DNA of 64,000 nucleotides from Escherichia coli (GTDB taxonomy: Bacteria > Pseudomonadota > Gammaproteobacteria > Enterobacterales > Enterobacteriaceae). Shown piece after piece: positions 21,496 to 33,427 of the stretch. Made by a program: the position numbers and the translations under genes. Below the pieces are notes generated by a model that was not told the origin of the DNA, did no database searches, and was given only the letters and a program-made list of their open reading frames with translations. The stretch's first letter is position 1. Every line of letters starts with the position of its first letter. The stretch lies in the NCBI RefSeq assembly GCF_044324875.1, contig NZ_CP172185.1; one strand, given 5' to 3'.

Positions 21496-23457
21496 GTGAC
21501 CGTATCTTCTCATCGACTTGAACTGTTAAGCCCGGCACGCGATGCCGCCATTGCCCGCGAAGCTATTTTGCACGGTGCCGATGCTGTTTATATCGGCGGC
21601 CCTGGTTTTGGTGCCCGTCATAATGCCAGTAATAGCCTGAAAGATATTGCCGAACTGGTGCCGTTTGCCCATCGTTATGGTGCAAAAATTTTCGTCACGC
21701 TTAACACCATTTTGCATGATGATGAGCTGGAACCTGCGCAACGGCTGATTACCGACCTCTACCAGACCGGCGTCGATGCGCTGATTGTTCAGGATATGGG
21801 GATTCTGGAACTTGATATTCCGCCGATTGAACTGCACGCCAGTACGCAGTGCGATATTCGCACAGTAGAAAAAGCGAAGTTCCTCTCTGATGTTGGCTTT
21901 ACGCAGATTGTGCTGGCGCGAGAGCTGAATCTTGAGCAGATCCGCGCGATTCACCAGGCCACGGACGCGACCATTGAATTCTTTATTCATGGTGCATTGT
22001 GCGTGGCCTATTCTGGTCAGTGCTACATTTCTCATGCGCAAACAGGGCGTAGCGCCAACCGTGGCGATTGCTCGCAGGCATGCCGTTTGCCATACACATT
22101 GAAAGACGATCAGGGGCGGGTGGTTTCTTATGAAAAACATCTGCTGTCGATGAAAGATAACGATCAGACTGCCAACCTTGGCGCGCTGATTGATGCTGGC
22201 GTGCGCTCCTTCAAGATTGAAGGGCGTTACAAAGATATGAGCTACGTGAAGAATATCACCGCGCATTATCGCCAAATGCTGGATGCCATTATTGAAGAAC
22301 GTGGCGATCTGGCGCGTGCTTCATCAGGTCGTACTGAACATTTCTTTGTTCCATCGACGGAAAAGACTTTCCACCGTGGTAGCACAGATTATTTTGTGAA
22401 TGCCCGTAAAGGGGATATCGGCGCGTTCGATTCGCCGAAATTTATCGGCCTGCCGGTGGGTGAAGTATTGAAAGTGGCGAAAGATCATCTTGATGTTGCC
22501 GTCACCGAGCCACTGGCAAATGGCGATGGCCTGAACGTGATGATTAAACGTGAAGTAGTCGGTTTTCGTGCCAATACGGTAGAAAAAACCGGAGAAAATC
22601 AGTACCGCGTCTGGCCAAATGAGATGCCTGCGGATTTGCATAAAATTCGTCCGCATCATCCGCTTAATCGTAATCTGGACCATAACTGGCAGCAGGCGTT
22701 GACCAAAACATCCAGCGAACGTCGCGTAGCGGTAGACATTGAACTGGGCGGATGGCAGGAACAACTGATTCTGACCCTGACCAGTGAAGAGGGCGTCAGC
22801 GTCACGCATACGCTGGATGGACAATTCGACGAAGCTAATAACGCCGAAAAAGCGCTTAATAACCTGAAAGATGGTCTGGCTAAGCTGGGGCAAACCATCT
22901 ATTACGCCCGCGATGTGCAAATTAACCTGCCTGGTGCGCTGTTTGTACCGAACAGTCTGTTAAATCAGTTCCGCCGTGAGGCCGCCGAAATGCTGGATGC
23001 TGCGCGTCTTGCCAGTTATCAGCGCGGCAGTCGTAAACCGGTTGCTGATCCTGCGCCGGTTTATCCGCAAACGCATCTGAGTTTCCTCGCGAACGTTTAC
23101 AACCAGAAAGCGCGTGAATTTTATCATCGCTATGGTGTGCAGCTGATTGACGCGGCGTATGAGGCACATGAAGAGAAGGGCGAAGTCCCGGTGATGATCA
23201 CCAAGCATTGTCTGCGCTTTGCCTTTAATCTGTGCCCGAAACAGGCGAAAGGCAATATCAAAAGCTGGAAGGCGACGCCAATGCAACTGGTTAATGGCGA
23301 TGAAGTGTTAACGCTGAAATTTGATTGCCGTCCGTGTGAGATGCACGTCATCGGCAAAATTAAAAATCACATTCTGAAAATGCCGTTACCGGGAAGCGTA
23401 GTGGCATCCGTAAGTCCGGATGATCTGCTGAAAACATTGCCGAAGCGAAAAGGGTAA
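21496..23457 (+). CDS. rlhA: U32-family peptidase-like protein YdcP/RlhA (23S rRNA hydroxylation)
   Basis: peptidase U32 family ORF; GTG start at 21496 assumed (653 aa); ORF track begins at 21454. Confidence 0.85.
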   Translation: MTVSSHRLELLSPARDAAIAREAILHGADAVYIGGPGFGARHNASNSLKDIAELVPFAHRYGAKIFVTLNTILHDDELEPAQRLITDLYQTGVDALIVQDMGILELDIPPIELHASTQCDIRTVEKAKFLSDVGFTQIVLARELNLEQIRAIHQATDATIEFFIHGALCVAYSGQCYISHAQTGRSANRGDCSQACRLPYTLKDDQGRVVSYEKHLLSMKDNDQTANLGALIDAGVRSFKIEGRYKDMSYVKNITAHYRQMLDAIIEERGDLARASSGRTEHFFVPSTEKTFHRGSTDYFVNARKGDIGAFDSPKFIGLPVGEVLKVAKDHLDVAVTEPLANGDGLNVMIKREVVGFRANTVEKTGENQYRVWPNEMPADLHKIRPHHPLNRNLDHNWQQALTKTSSERRVAVDIELGGWQEQLILTLTSEEGVSVTHTLDGQFDEANNAEKALNNLKDGLAKLGQTIYYARDVQINLPGALFVPNSLLNQFRREAAEMLDAARLASYQRGSRKPVADPAPVYPQTHLSFLANVYNQKAREFYHRYGVQLIDAAYEAHEEKGEVPVMITKHCLRFAFNLCPKQAKGNIKSWKATPMQLVNGDEVLTLKFDCRPCEMHVIGKIKNHILKMPLPGSVVASVSPDDLLKTLPKRKG

Positions 23458-23507
23458 AACGCCAGTTTTCTGGTTACTCACAACTTATCAAATCTGCATG
23501 ATATTGT

Positions 23508-23543
23508 TGGCCGGGTAAGGCGTTACGCCGCATCCGGCAATAA
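23508..23543. repeat. REP (repetitive extragenic palindrome) element
   Basis: gccgggtaaggcgttacgccgcatccggca matches the REP consensus. Confidence 0.6.
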
Positions 23544-23548
23544 ATGAC

Positions 23549-23779
23549 TCAACGTTGTCCCGCTTCTGGTTTGCGCGATTTTTGCCAGTAAAAATGCTCG
23601 CGCAAACCTTCCGCCGACTCTTCCGCCACAGCACGCAATTCATCGCTGTCCGCTTCATGACGCAGTTGATGATCCACATTCTTTACCCACATAAATTCAT
23701 GTCCTTTGTGCCCTGCCATGAGTTGTCCTGAGAACAGCGCACACGTTAATAAGACAACCGATAACGCCTTCGTAAACAT
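23549..23779 (-). CDS. yncJ: DUF2554 secreted protein YncJ
   Basis: 76-aa ORF with signal peptide. Confidence 0.85.
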   Translation of the reverse strand: MFTKALSVVLLTCALFSGQLMAGHKGHEFMWVKNVDHQLRHEADSDELRAVAEESAEGLREHFYWQKSRKPEAGQR

Positions 23780-24000
23780 CCCGCCACCTTTTTCTCACCT
23801 TTTGCCGCTATGATGCCGATCGTTTCTTGAGGTTATTATTCAGTTTTGCAAATTAGCGCAAAGAAATTCTGGAATCTTCCTTCCTGATTTTGCATTGCAT
23901 TCTGCCGTTGCGGCGATTAAGTGCTATTTTCGAGAAAATTACACACGGAGGTAAACAATAATGTTTACTTTGTTGATATACTCAGCGGCAGGGAGGCGAT

Positions 24001-24177
24001 GTGAAACAAAGCGAGTTCAGACGTTGGCTCGAATCTCAGGGCGTCAATGTAGCAAATGGCAGCAACCATTTAAAACTCAGGTTTCACGGGAGGCGCAGTG
24101 TCATGCCGCGTCACCCCAGCGAAGAGATTAAAGAACCATTACGTAAAGCCATTCTGAAACAACTCGGTTTGAGTTAA
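24001..24177 (+). CDS. hicA: type II toxin HicA (mRNA interferase), GTG start
   Basis: hand-translated 58-aa ORF MKQSEFRRWLESQGV... directly upstream of hicB. Confidence 0.85.
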   Translation: MKQSEFRRWLESQGVNVANGSNHLKLRFHGRRSVMPRHPSEEIKEPLRKAILKQLGLS

Positions 24178-24222
24178 TCGCCAATTAAAAAGGTTAATGA
24201 CATGCGAGAGACAGTCGAAATT

Positions 24223-24639
<417 letters not shown>

Positions 24640-24717
24640 TAACAGTTAATGAAAAGTTGTCATTTTTAACAACTGATATAGACTGCCGAATCACCTGCAC
24701 ATAATAACGATTCGATA

Positions 24718-26124
24718 ATGAAAAAATACCAGCAGCTTGCAGAACAATTACGCGAGCAGATTGCGTCGGGTATCTGGCAACCCGGAGATCGTTTGCCTTC
24801 GTTGCGTGACCAGGTGGCGCTTTCTGGCATGAGCTTTATGACTGTCAGCCATGCCTATCAGTTGCTCGAAAGTCAGGGATATATTATCGCGCGACCGCAG
24901 TCGGGTTATTACGTTGCGCCACAGGCAATAAAAATGCCGAAAGCGCCAGTCATTCCAGTCACACGAGATGAAGCAGTCGATATCAACACCTATATTTTTG
25001 ATATGTTGCAGGCCAGTCGTGATCCGTCGGTAGTTCCGTTTGCCTCGGCCTTTCCCGACCCGCGACTTTTCCCCCTCCAACAACTAAACCGCTCGCTGGC
25101 GCAGGTAAGCAAAACCGCCACGGCGATGAGCGTGATTGAAAACTTACCGCCAGGAAACGCAGAACTGCGTCAGGCTATTGCTCGTCGCTATGCCTTACAG
25201 GGCATCACTATTTCTCCTGATGAAATTGTCATTACCGCCGGGGCGTTAGAGGCATTAAACCTCAGTTTACAAGCGGTAACGGAACCAGGCGATTGGGTGA
25301 TAGTAGAGAATCCTTGTTTCTACGGCGCGTTGCAGGCGCTGGAGCGGTTACGGCTGAAGGCGTTATCGGTGGCGACGGATGTTAAAGAAGGGATCGATCT
25401 TCAGGCGCTGGAACTGGCGTTGCAGGAGTATCCGGTGAAAGCGTGCTGGCTGATGACTAATAGCCAGAATCCACTCGGATTTACCTTAACGCCGCAAAAA
25501 AAAGCACAACTGGTGGCGTTGCTCAATCAGTACAACGTAACGCTGATTGAAGATGACGTGTACAGCGAACTTTATTTTGGACGGGAAAAACCGCTGCCTG
25601 CGAAAGCGTGGGATCGCCACGATGGTGTTTTGCATTGCTCTTCGTTTTCGAAATGTCTGGTGCCTGGTTTTCGTATTGGTTGGGTCGCCGCCGGAAAACA
25701 TGCACGTAAAATTCAACGATTGCAGTTGATGAGTACGCTTTCCACCAGCTCACCGATGCAGCTTGCGCTGGTGGATTACCTTTCCACGCGCCGATACGAC
25801 GCCCATCTTCGTCGCCTGCGTCGCCAGCTTGCGGAACGTAAACAACGTGCCTGGCAGGCACTGCTGCGTTATCTGCCTGCGGAAGTGAAAATTCATCATA
25901 ATGACAGCGGTTATTTTCTCTGGCTGGAACTCCCCGCGCCGTTAGATGCGGGCGAATTAAGCCTGGCGGCACTGACGCATCATATCAGTATTGCGCCGGG
26001 TAAAATGTTTTCTACCGGTGAAAACTGGTCACGTTTTTTTCGTTTTAATACCGCGTGGCAGTGGGGAGAACGTGAAGAACAGGCGGTAAAACAATTAGGC
26101 AAATTTATTCAAGAACGGCTGTAA
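24718..26124 (+). CDS. ydcR: MocR/GntR-family regulator with aminotransferase-like domain, YdcR
   Basis: 468-aa ORF; N-terminal GntR HTH plus PLP-aminotransferase fold. Confidence 0.9.
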   Translation: MKKYQQLAEQLREQIASGIWQPGDRLPSLRDQVALSGMSFMTVSHAYQLLESQGYIIARPQSGYYVAPQAIKMPKAPVIPVTRDEAVDINTYIFDMLQASRDPSVVPFASAFPDPRLFPLQQLNRSLAQVSKTATAMSVIENLPPGNAELRQAIARRYALQGITISPDEIVITAGALEALNLSLQAVTEPGDWVIVENPCFYGALQALERLRLKALSVATDVKEGIDLQALELALQEYPVKACWLMTNSQNPLGFTLTPQKKAQLVALLNQYNVTLIEDDVYSELYFGREKPLPAKAWDRHDGVLHCSSFSKCLVPGFRIGWVAAGKHARKIQRLQLMSTLSTSSPMQLALVDYLSTRRYDAHLRRLRRQLAERKQRAWQALLRYLPAEVKIHHNDSGYFLWLELPAPLDAGELSLAALTHHISIAPGKMFSTGENWSRFFRFNTAWQWGEREEQAVKQLGKFIQERL

Positions 26125-26368
26125 TAGCGTTTAATTAAATTCCTCTCAGGTTGGGTAATATGAATTTCGAATAGCAGTCATATTTCCTAACTCCTTGTCT
26201 ATACTCCAGAAGATAACCTTACAGACGGCATAATGCGCGGTAGCTCACAACCTGATTAAATTTTCTCAGGGGCGAAGGTGTGCCTGCAAGCCGCCGTCTA
26301 TGGTTAAACAAGGAGATATTTTTACGGCACGGCGGCTGAACAATTAATTACGACAGGAGTAAGACCTT

Positions 26369-27514
26369 ATGAGCAAGACATTTGCCCGCAGCAGCCTGTG
26401 TGCGCTCACCATGACAATAATCACCGCTCATGCCGCCGAACCGCCTACCAATTTAGATAAACCGGAAGGGCGACTGGATATTATCGCCTGGCCGGGATAC
26501 ATCGAACGCGGACAAACTGATAAACAATACGACTGGGTAACGCAATTCGAAAAAGAGACAGGCTGCGCGGTGAATGTGAAAACCGCCGCGACTTCCGATG
26601 AAATGGTCAGTCTGATGACCAAAGGGGGTTACGATCTGGTTACAGCATCCGGCGATGCCTCGCTGCGCCTGATTATGGGCAAACGCGTGCAGCCGATTAA
26701 TACCGCATTGATTCCCAACTGGAAAACGCTCGATCCGCGCGTGGTTAAAGGCGACTGGTTTAACGTTAGTGGCAAAGTTTATGGCACACCCTACCAATGG
26801 GGGCCGAACCTGTTGATGTACAACACTAAAACCTTCCCGACGCCGCCGGATAGCTGGCAAGTGGTCTTTGTTGAGCAGAATCTGCCGGACGGCAAGAGCA
26901 ATAAAGGCCGCGTACAGGCCTATGATGGCCCTATCTACATTGCGGACGCTGCGTTGTTCGTTAAAGCCACTCAGCCGCAGTTGGGCATCAGCGATCCGTA
27001 TCAACTCACCGAAGAACAGTACCAGGCGGTGCTGAAAGTGCTGCGCGATCAACACAGTTTGATCCATCGCTACTGGCATGACACGACCGTGCAAATGAGC
27101 GATTTCAAAAACGAGGGTGTGGTTGCTTCCAGTGCCTGGCCCTATCAGGCCAACGCCCTGAAAGCCGAAGGCCAGCCTGTCGCTACCGTTTTCCCGAAAG
27201 AGGGCGTTACCGGTTGGGCTGACACCACCATGCTACATAGCGAAGCGAAACATCCGGTTTGCGCCTACAAATGGATGAACTGGTCATTAACGCCAAAAGT
27301 GCAGGGCGATGTGGCGGCCTGGTTTGGCTCGTTACCAGTAGTGCCGGAAGGGTGTAAAGCCAGTCCGTTATTAGGCGAGAAAGGTTGTGAAACAAACGGT
27401 TTTAACTATTTCGATAAAATCGCCTTCTGGAAAACGCCTATAGCAGAAGGGGGCAAGTTTGTTCCCTACAGTCGCTGGACGCAGGATTACATTGCCATTA
27501 TGGGCGGTCGCTAA
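26369..27514 (+). CDS. ydcS: periplasmic substrate-binding protein of an ABC transporter, YdcS
   Basis: 381-aa ORF with signal peptide, polyamine-binding-protein-like. Confidence 0.9.
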   Translation: MSKTFARSSLCALTMTIITAHAAEPPTNLDKPEGRLDIIAWPGYIERGQTDKQYDWVTQFEKETGCAVNVKTAATSDEMVSLMTKGGYDLVTASGDASLRLIMGKRVQPINTALIPNWKTLDPRVVKGDWFNVSGKVYGTPYQWGPNLLMYNTKTFPTPPDSWQVVFVEQNLPDGKSNKGRVQAYDGPIYIADAALFVKATQPQLGISDPYQLTEEQYQAVLKVLRDQHSLIHRYWHDTTVQMSDFKNEGVVASSAWPYQANALKAEGQPVATVFPKEGVTGWADTTMLHSEAKHPVCAYKWMNWSLTPKVQGDVAAWFGSLPVVPEGCKASPLLGEKGCETNGFNYFDKIAFWKTPIAEGGKFVPYSRWTQDYIAIMGGR

Positions 27515-27531
27515 CTTCGCTGGGGTGTTTT

Positions 27532-28545
27532 ATGACGTACGCAGTGGAGTTTGACAACGTCTCGCGGTTGTACGGTGACGTGCGCGCAGTAGATGGCGTC
27601 AGTATTGCGATAAAAGATGGTGAGTTCTTCTCTATGCTGGGGCCGTCCGGCTCCGGCAAAACCACCTGCCTGCGCCTGATTGCTGGCTTCGAACAGCTTT
27701 CCGGCGGGGCTATCTCTATCTTTGGTAAACCCGCCAGCAATCTGCCACCGTGGGAGCGGGACGTGAATACCGTCTTTCAGGACTACGCGCTATTTCCGCA
27801 TATGTCGATTCTTGACAACGTGGCCTATGGGCTGATGGTCAAAGGCGTGAATAAAAAGCAGCGGCATGCGATGGCGCAAGAGGCGCTGGAGAAAGTGGCG
27901 TTGGGGTTTGTACAGCAACGTAAACCGTCACAACTTTCTGGTGGTCAGCGCCAACGGGTTGCTATTGCCAGAGCACTGGTGAATGAACCGCGCGTATTGC
28001 TGTTGGATGAACCGCTCGGCGCGCTGGATCTCAAATTGCGTGAGCAGATGCAACTTGAGCTGAAAAAGCTGCAACAGTCTCTCGGTATCACTTTTATCTT
28101 CGTTACCCACGATCAGGGCGAAGCGTTATCGATGTCCGATCGTGTTGCGGTTTTCAATAATGGACGCATTGAGCAGGTCGATTCCCCGCGTGACCTCTAT
28201 ATGCGCCCGCGCACGCCGTTTGTTGCCGGATTCGTCGGGACATCGAATGTTTTTGATGCACTGATGGCAGACAAACTTTGTGGCATGACGGGAAGCTTCG
28301 CCCTGCGACCGGAACATATCCGCTTCAACATCCCCGGCGAAGTGCAGGCCAATGGCACGATCCAGGCGGTGCAATATCAGGGCGCAGCGACTCGTTTTGA
28401 ACTGAGACTGAACGGTGGTGAAAAACTGCTGGTGAGTCAGGCCAATATGACAGGCGAAGAACTGCCTGCCACGCTCACGCCCGGACAACAAGTGATGGTT
28501 TCCTGGTCGCGTGATGTGATGGTGCCGCTGGTTGAGGAGAGGTGA
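27532..28545 (+). CDS. ydcT: ABC transporter ATP-binding protein YdcT
   Basis: Walker A GPSGSGKTT, signature LSGGQRQR, Walker B LLLDEP. Confidence 0.9.
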   Translation: MTYAVEFDNVSRLYGDVRAVDGVSIAIKDGEFFSMLGPSGSGKTTCLRLIAGFEQLSGGAISIFGKPASNLPPWERDVNTVFQDYALFPHMSILDNVAYGLMVKGVNKKQRHAMAQEALEKVALGFVQQRKPSQLSGGQRQRVAIARALVNEPRVLLLDEPLGALDLKLREQMQLELKKLQQSLGITFIFVTHDQGEALSMSDRVAVFNNGRIEQVDSPRDLYMRPRTPFVAGFVGTSNVFDALMADKLCGMTGSFALRPEHIRFNIPGEVQANGTIQAVQYQGAATRFELRLNGGEKLLVSQANMTGEELPATLTPGQQVMVSWSRDVMVPLVEER

Positions 28546-29487
28546 ATGGCGATGAACGTATTGCAATCACCTTCACGTCCAGGAGTTGGAAAGATATCCG
28601 GCTTTTTCTGGCGAAAACCAGGACTGGGGCTGTTTTTGTTGCTGCTTGGCCCGCTAATGTGGTTTGGCATTGTCTATTTCGGCTCGCTGCTAACGCTGTT
28701 ATGGCAGGGCTTTTATACTTTTGACGATTTCACCATGTCGGTAACGCCGGAACTGACGCTGGCGAATATCCGTGCGCTGTTTAATCCGGCGAATTACGAC
28801 ATCATTCTCCGCACGCTGATTATGGCTGTGGCAGTCACTATCGCCAGCGCCATTCTGGCTTTTCCAATGGCGTGGTATATGGCGCGCTATACCAGCGGGA
28901 AAATGAAAGCGTTTTTTTATATCGCGGTAATGTTGCCGATGTGGGCGAGCTACATTGTTAAAGCCTATGCCTGGACGTTATTGCTGGCGAAAGATGGTGT
29001 GGCGCAGTGGTTTTTACAACATCTGGGGCTGGAACCACTGCTGACAGCGTTCCTTACATTACCAGCGGTGGGCGGTAACACGCTGTCAACTTCCGGGCTG
29101 GGGCGCTTTCTGGTGTTTCTCTATATCTGGCTGCCGTTCATGATCCTGCCCGTGCAGGCGGCGCTTGAGCGTTTGCCGCCGTCATTGTTGCAGGCGTCGG
29201 CTGATCTTGGCGCACGTCCACGGCAAACCTTTCGCTATGTGGTACTGCCGCTGGCAATCCCGGGTATTGCCGCTGGCTCTATCTTTACCTTTTCACTCAC
29301 ACTGGGCGATTTTATCGTCCCGCAGCTGGTTGGCCCTCCAGGATATTTTATCGGCAATATGGTTTATTCCCAGCAGGGAGCGATTGGCAATATGCCGATG
29401 GCGGCGGCATTCACCCTGGTGCCGATTGTTCTCATCGCACTGTACCTGGCGTTCGTGAAACGTCTGGGAGCGTTCGATGCACTCTGA
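28546..29487 (+). CDS. ydcU: ABC transporter permease YdcU
   Basis: 313-aa polytopic permease. Confidence 0.9.
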   Translation: MAMNVLQSPSRPGVGKISGFFWRKPGLGLFLLLLGPLMWFGIVYFGSLLTLLWQGFYTFDDFTMSVTPELTLANIRALFNPANYDIILRTLIMAVAVTIASAILAFPMAWYMARYTSGKMKAFFYIAVMLPMWASYIVKAYAWTLLLAKDGVAQWFLQHLGLEPLLTAFLTLPAVGGNTLSTSGLGRFLVFLYIWLPFMILPVQAALERLPPSLLQASADLGARPRQTFRYVVLPLAIPGIAAGSIFTFSLTLGDFIVPQLVGPPGYFIGNMVYSQQGAIGNMPMAAAFTLVPIVLIALYLAFVKRLGAFDAL

Positions 29488-30271
29488 ACGCGCACCGTTT
29501 TTCCTCAAACTGGCGGCCTGGGGCGGCGTGGTTTTCCTACATTTTCCCATTCTGATTATCGCCGCCTATGCGTTTAACACTGAAGATGCGGCGTTTAGTT
29601 TTCCACCGCAAGGCCTGACGCTGCGCTGGTTTAGCGTGGCAGCACAGCGCAGTGATATTCTTGAGGCTGTGACACTGTCACTTAAAGTGGCGGTGCTGGC
29701 GACATTAATTGCGCTGGTGTTAGGGACGCTGGCCGCTGCCGCGCTGTGGCGACGAGACTTTTTCGGCAAAAACGCCATTTCGCTGTTACTGCTGCTGCCC
29801 ATTGCGCTGCCGGGTATTGTCACTGGTCTGGCGCTATTAACCGCCTTTAAAACCATCGATCTGGAGCCGGGATTTTTCACCATCGTGGTCGGTCATGCGA
29901 CTTTTTGCGTAGTGGTGGTGTTTAACAATGTCATCGCCCGTTTTCGCCGCACCTCGTGCAGTCTGGTTGAGGCGTCAATGGATCTTGGGGCCAATGGCTG
30001 GCAAACCTTCCGCTACGTAGTGTTGCCGAATCTCAGTTCGGCGCTACTGGCAGGAGGAATGCTGGCGTTTGCCTTGTCGTTCGATGAAATCATCGTGACG
30101 ACCTTTACGGCAGGTCATGAACGAACGTTACCGTTGTGGTTGCTCAATCAGCTTGGGCGACCGCGTGATGTACCGGTAACCAACGTGGTGGCACTGCTGG
30201 TTATGTTGGTAACAACCTTGCCGATCCTGGGAGCCTGGTGGCTAACCCGCGAAGGCGACAATGGTCAATAA
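29477..30271 (+). CDS. ydcV: ABC transporter permease YdcV
   Basis: 264-aa polytopic permease overlapping ydcU stop. Confidence 0.9.
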   Translation: MHSERAPFFLKLAAWGGVVFLHFPILIIAAYAFNTEDAAFSFPPQGLTLRWFSVAAQRSDILEAVTLSLKVAVLATLIALVLGTLAAAALWRRDFFGKNAISLLLLLPIALPGIVTGLALLTAFKTIDLEPGFFTIVVGHATFCVVVVFNNVIARFRRTSCSLVEASMDLGANGWQTFRYVVLPNLSSALLAGGMLAFALSFDEIIVTTFTAGHERTLPLWLLNQLGRPRDVPVTNVVALLVMLVTTLPILGAWWLTREGDNGQ

Positions 30272-30292
30272 CCACTGATACAGGAATATGCT

Positions 30293-31717
30293 ATGCAACA
30301 TAAGTTACTGATTAACGGAGAACTGGTTAGCGGCGAAGGGGAGAAACAGCCTGTCTATAATCCGGCAACGGGGGAAGTTTTACTGGAGATTGCCGAGGCA
30401 TCCGCAGAGCAGGTCGATGCCGCTGTTCGTGCAGCAGATGCAGCATTTGCCGAATGGGGGCAAACCACGCCGAAAGCGCGTGCGGAATGCCTGCTGAAAC
30501 TGGCGGATGTAATCGAAGAAAATGGTCAAGTTTTTGCCGAACTGGAGTCCCGTAACTGTGGCAAACCGCTGCATAGTGCGTTCAATGATGAAATTCCGGC
30601 GATTGTCGATGTCTTTCGCTTTTTCGCCGGAGCAGCTCGCTGCCTGAATGGTCTGGCGGCAGGTGAATATCTTGAAGGTCATACTTCGATGATCCGTCGC
30701 GATCCGTTGGGGGTCGTGGCTTCGATCGCTCCGTGGAATTATCCGCTGATGATGGCTGCGTGGAAACTGGCTCCGGCGCTGGCGGCAGGGAATTGCGTAG
30801 TGCTCAAACCATCAGAAATTACCCCGCTGACAGCGTTGAAGTTGGCAGAGCTGGCGAAAGATATCTTCCCAGCTGGCGTGATTAACGTGCTGTTTGGCAG
30901 AGGCAAAACGGTGGGCGATCCGCTGACCGGACATCCCAAAGTACGGATGGTGTCACTGACGGGCTCTATCGCCACTGGGGAACACATCATCAGCCATACC
31001 GCGCCGTCCATAAAGCTTACTCATATGGAACTTGGAGGCAAAGCGCCAGTGATAGTTTTTGATGATGCGGATATTGAAGCGGTGGTCGAAGGTGTACGTA
31101 CTTTTGGCTATTACAATGCCGGACAGGATTGTACTGCGGCTTGTCGGATCTACGCGCAAAAAGGTATTTACGATACGCTGGTGGAAAAACTCGGTGCTGC
31201 AGTGGCAACGTTAAAATCTGGTGCGCCGGATGACGAGTCTACGGAGCTTGGACCTTTAAGCTCACTGGCGCATCTCGATCGCGTCAGCAAAGCAGTAGAA
31301 GAGGCGAAAGCGACAGGGCACATCAAAGTGATCACTGGCGGTGAAAAGCGCAAGGGTAATGGCTATTACTATGCGCCGACGCTACTGGCTGGCGCATTAC
31401 AGGACGATGCCATCGTGCAAAAAGAGGTATTTGGTCCGGTAGTGAGTGTTACGCTCTTTGACAATGAAGAACAGGTGGTAAACTGGGCAAATGACAGCCA
31501 GTACGGACTTGCATCCTCGGTATGGACGAAAGATGTGGGCAGGGCGCATCGCGTCAGCGCGCGGCTGCAATATGGTTGTACCTGGGTCAATACCCATTTC
31601 ATGCTGGTAAGTGAAATGCCGCACGGTGGGCAGAAACTTTCTGGTTACGGCAAGGATATGTCACTTTATGGGCTGGAGGATTACACCGTCGTCCGCCACG
31701 TCATGGTTAAACATTAA
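30293..31717 (+). CDS. patD: gamma-aminobutyraldehyde dehydrogenase
   Basis: 474-aa aldehyde dehydrogenase recognised as PatD/YdcW. Confidence 0.95.
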   Translation: MQHKLLINGELVSGEGEKQPVYNPATGEVLLEIAEASAEQVDAAVRAADAAFAEWGQTTPKARAECLLKLADVIEENGQVFAELESRNCGKPLHSAFNDEIPAIVDVFRFFAGAARCLNGLAAGEYLEGHTSMIRRDPLGVVASIAPWNYPLMMAAWKLAPALAAGNCVVLKPSEITPLTALKLAELAKDIFPAGVINVLFGRGKTVGDPLTGHPKVRMVSLTGSIATGEHIISHTAPSIKLTHMELGGKAPVIVFDDADIEAVVEGVRTFGYYNAGQDCTAACRIYAQKGIYDTLVEKLGAAVATLKSGAPDDESTELGPLSSLAHLDRVSKAVEEAKATGHIKVITGGEKRKGNGYYYAPTLLAGALQDDAIVQKEVFGPVVSVTLFDNEEQVVNWANDSQYGLASSVWTKDVGRAHRVSARLQYGCTWVNTHFMLVSEMPHGGQKLSGYGKDMSLYGLEDYTVVRHVMVKH

Positions 31718-31926
31718 GTTAGATGTTAGTGGCTGTTATAGGACGGCCACTATCGTTTTAGGTTCTGAGTTTAATGGCGGTTAAGTATTAGAATGATTAC
31801 ATTAATAACTAGCGTAAAAATTAGGCTAAATGTTTGATGGCGATTTTTCATCCTGTCACAGTTGATTAGCATAAGGCTTTAGAGTATCGTTATTAAACTA
31901 ATAATTTATAAGTAGAAGTATTAACA

Positions 31927-32736
31927 ATGAAAGTTCAATTGTACAAATTCACGGAAGATAAAAATAAAACCCTTACCTTCAGATGGACGAAAAAACACTT
32001 TGAGTTTTGTATGGATAATAAAATCTTTTTAAATCATAAGGGGAAGAAGTCGTATAAAGAAAGGAATTTATTTCTTTTCTCAAAAGGTGACAAGATAACA
32101 ATTGAAGATAATGTTATTGCTGAAGAATATTCAACAATGCCTGTAAAAAATTTCTCCAGTGTCGGCGCTTTTTCATTCCCGACCTGTCATTTTACAGGGA
32201 ATATACATATAGGTCGATTTTGTAGTATTGCATCAAATGTAAAAATAATGGGTGGAAATCATCCTTTGAATCGTTTTACTACTCACATGATGACTTATAA
32301 CGGTGAATTTGATAAGTTTGCTATGAGTGAGTTTGAACGTAGCTGGACATTGAAACCATTCATTACCAAACCTGAAAATCCGATTATAGGAAATGATGTC
32401 TGGATAGGAAATGATGTTGTATTGAAAGGTGGCATCGCAATAGGTGATGGTGCTGTTATTGCTGCCAATTCCGTTGTTACAAAAGATGTGCCCCCATATG
32501 CCATAGTTGCAGGAGTTCCTGCAAAAATAATCAGATTTAGATTTGATTCAAATATTATTGATGAATTGTTGAGAATAAAGTGGTGGAATTATAATTACTC
32601 AGATCTTCCGGATAATAACAAATGTGATGATATAAATTATTTTGTTGAAGAGATGAATCGATTGATATCAAATGGAAATATTCAAGAGATGGACTATAAA
32701 AAATTCAATCTTTCTGAGATATTTAGAGACCTATAA
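31927..32736 (+). CDS. xenobiotic-acetyltransferase-class (Vat/CatB-like) hexapeptide acetyltransferase, AT-rich
   Basis: IGNDVWIGNDVVL...GDGAVIAANSVVTKDVPPYAIVAGVPAKIIRFRF...IDELLRIKWWNY matches the Vat/CatB catalytic core and C-terminal KWW motif; composition unlike flanking genes. Confidence 0.7.
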   Translation: MKVQLYKFTEDKNKTLTFRWTKKHFEFCMDNKIFLNHKGKKSYKERNLFLFSKGDKITIEDNVIAEEYSTMPVKNFSSVGAFSFPTCHFTGNIHIGRFCSIASNVKIMGGNHPLNRFTTHMMTYNGEFDKFAMSEFERSWTLKPFITKPENPIIGNDVWIGNDVVLKGGIAIGDGAVIAANSVVTKDVPPYAIVAGVPAKIIRFRFDSNIIDELLRIKWWNYNYSDLPDNNKCDDINYFVEEMNRLISNGNIQEMDYKKFNLSEIFRDL

Positions 32737-33137
32737 TTATCTGTTCTGCATGATAAATGGGCAAGATAACCAGTGCGGGGTTTGCAATTTCAATGGGACA
32801 GCGTCATCAAGGAGATTGCAATCATCCTGCCATGCATATACTTTTCGCCATCTTTTTATATTTACTTTATTCCCTGAAAGTATAAAGCATTTATAGACTC
32901 CAGCGCGTCTAAAGTATTGATGATAGAAAAATGTGAAAACAAGGTTCCCTTTGAATCAGTAAGCTGTCTGTATAGACGACAGGGGGGGGATGTTTTCTAC
33001 TTATTTCAATGTAGATGTCAGCAAAAAGAAGTAAATATTAAGGATAATGTTGTAAGCCTGGAGAGTATGAGATGATCTTGCGTACTGTCAGAGCACTGAT
33101 TTCTCTGACAGTACGTGCTGCGTGCAAAATCACTACA

Positions 33138-33233
33138 TCAAATAAACCAGCCAAATCTCATAGAGATAAGAGTAAACAAACCAACAGCAGCAAAGACATT
33201 TATCAGTACTACAGTTCTACTGGAAACATTCAT
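33138..33233 (-). CDS. yncL: small membrane protein YncL (31 aa)
   Basis: hand translation of the minus strand: MNVSSRTVVLINVFAAVGLFTLISMRFGWFI. Confidence 0.8.
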   Translation of the reverse strand: MNVSSRTVVLINVFAAVGLFTLISMRFGWFI

Positions 33234-33427
33234 TTTTGCCACCTTTTATCATTGCCCCTATGTGTATAGTACGGGTTAAGAAAATCCGCAATAATGCTCA
33301 TTCTGAAGATGGATAAGGGCAAGTTGCTGTTTGATGATTTTTTCTCAAACCGGTTAAAAAACTTGATGTGCGTCAAAAAATGACGCATATTTGCGCGCGT
33401 TTTATTCATCTGGCTGGACGCCCGTAC

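Noticed and set aside
33072-33269. 65-aa plus-strand ORF, and minus-strand ORF 33230-33508
   Set aside because: The first is antisense to the 31-codon yncL; the second overlaps the ortT start. Neither has support.
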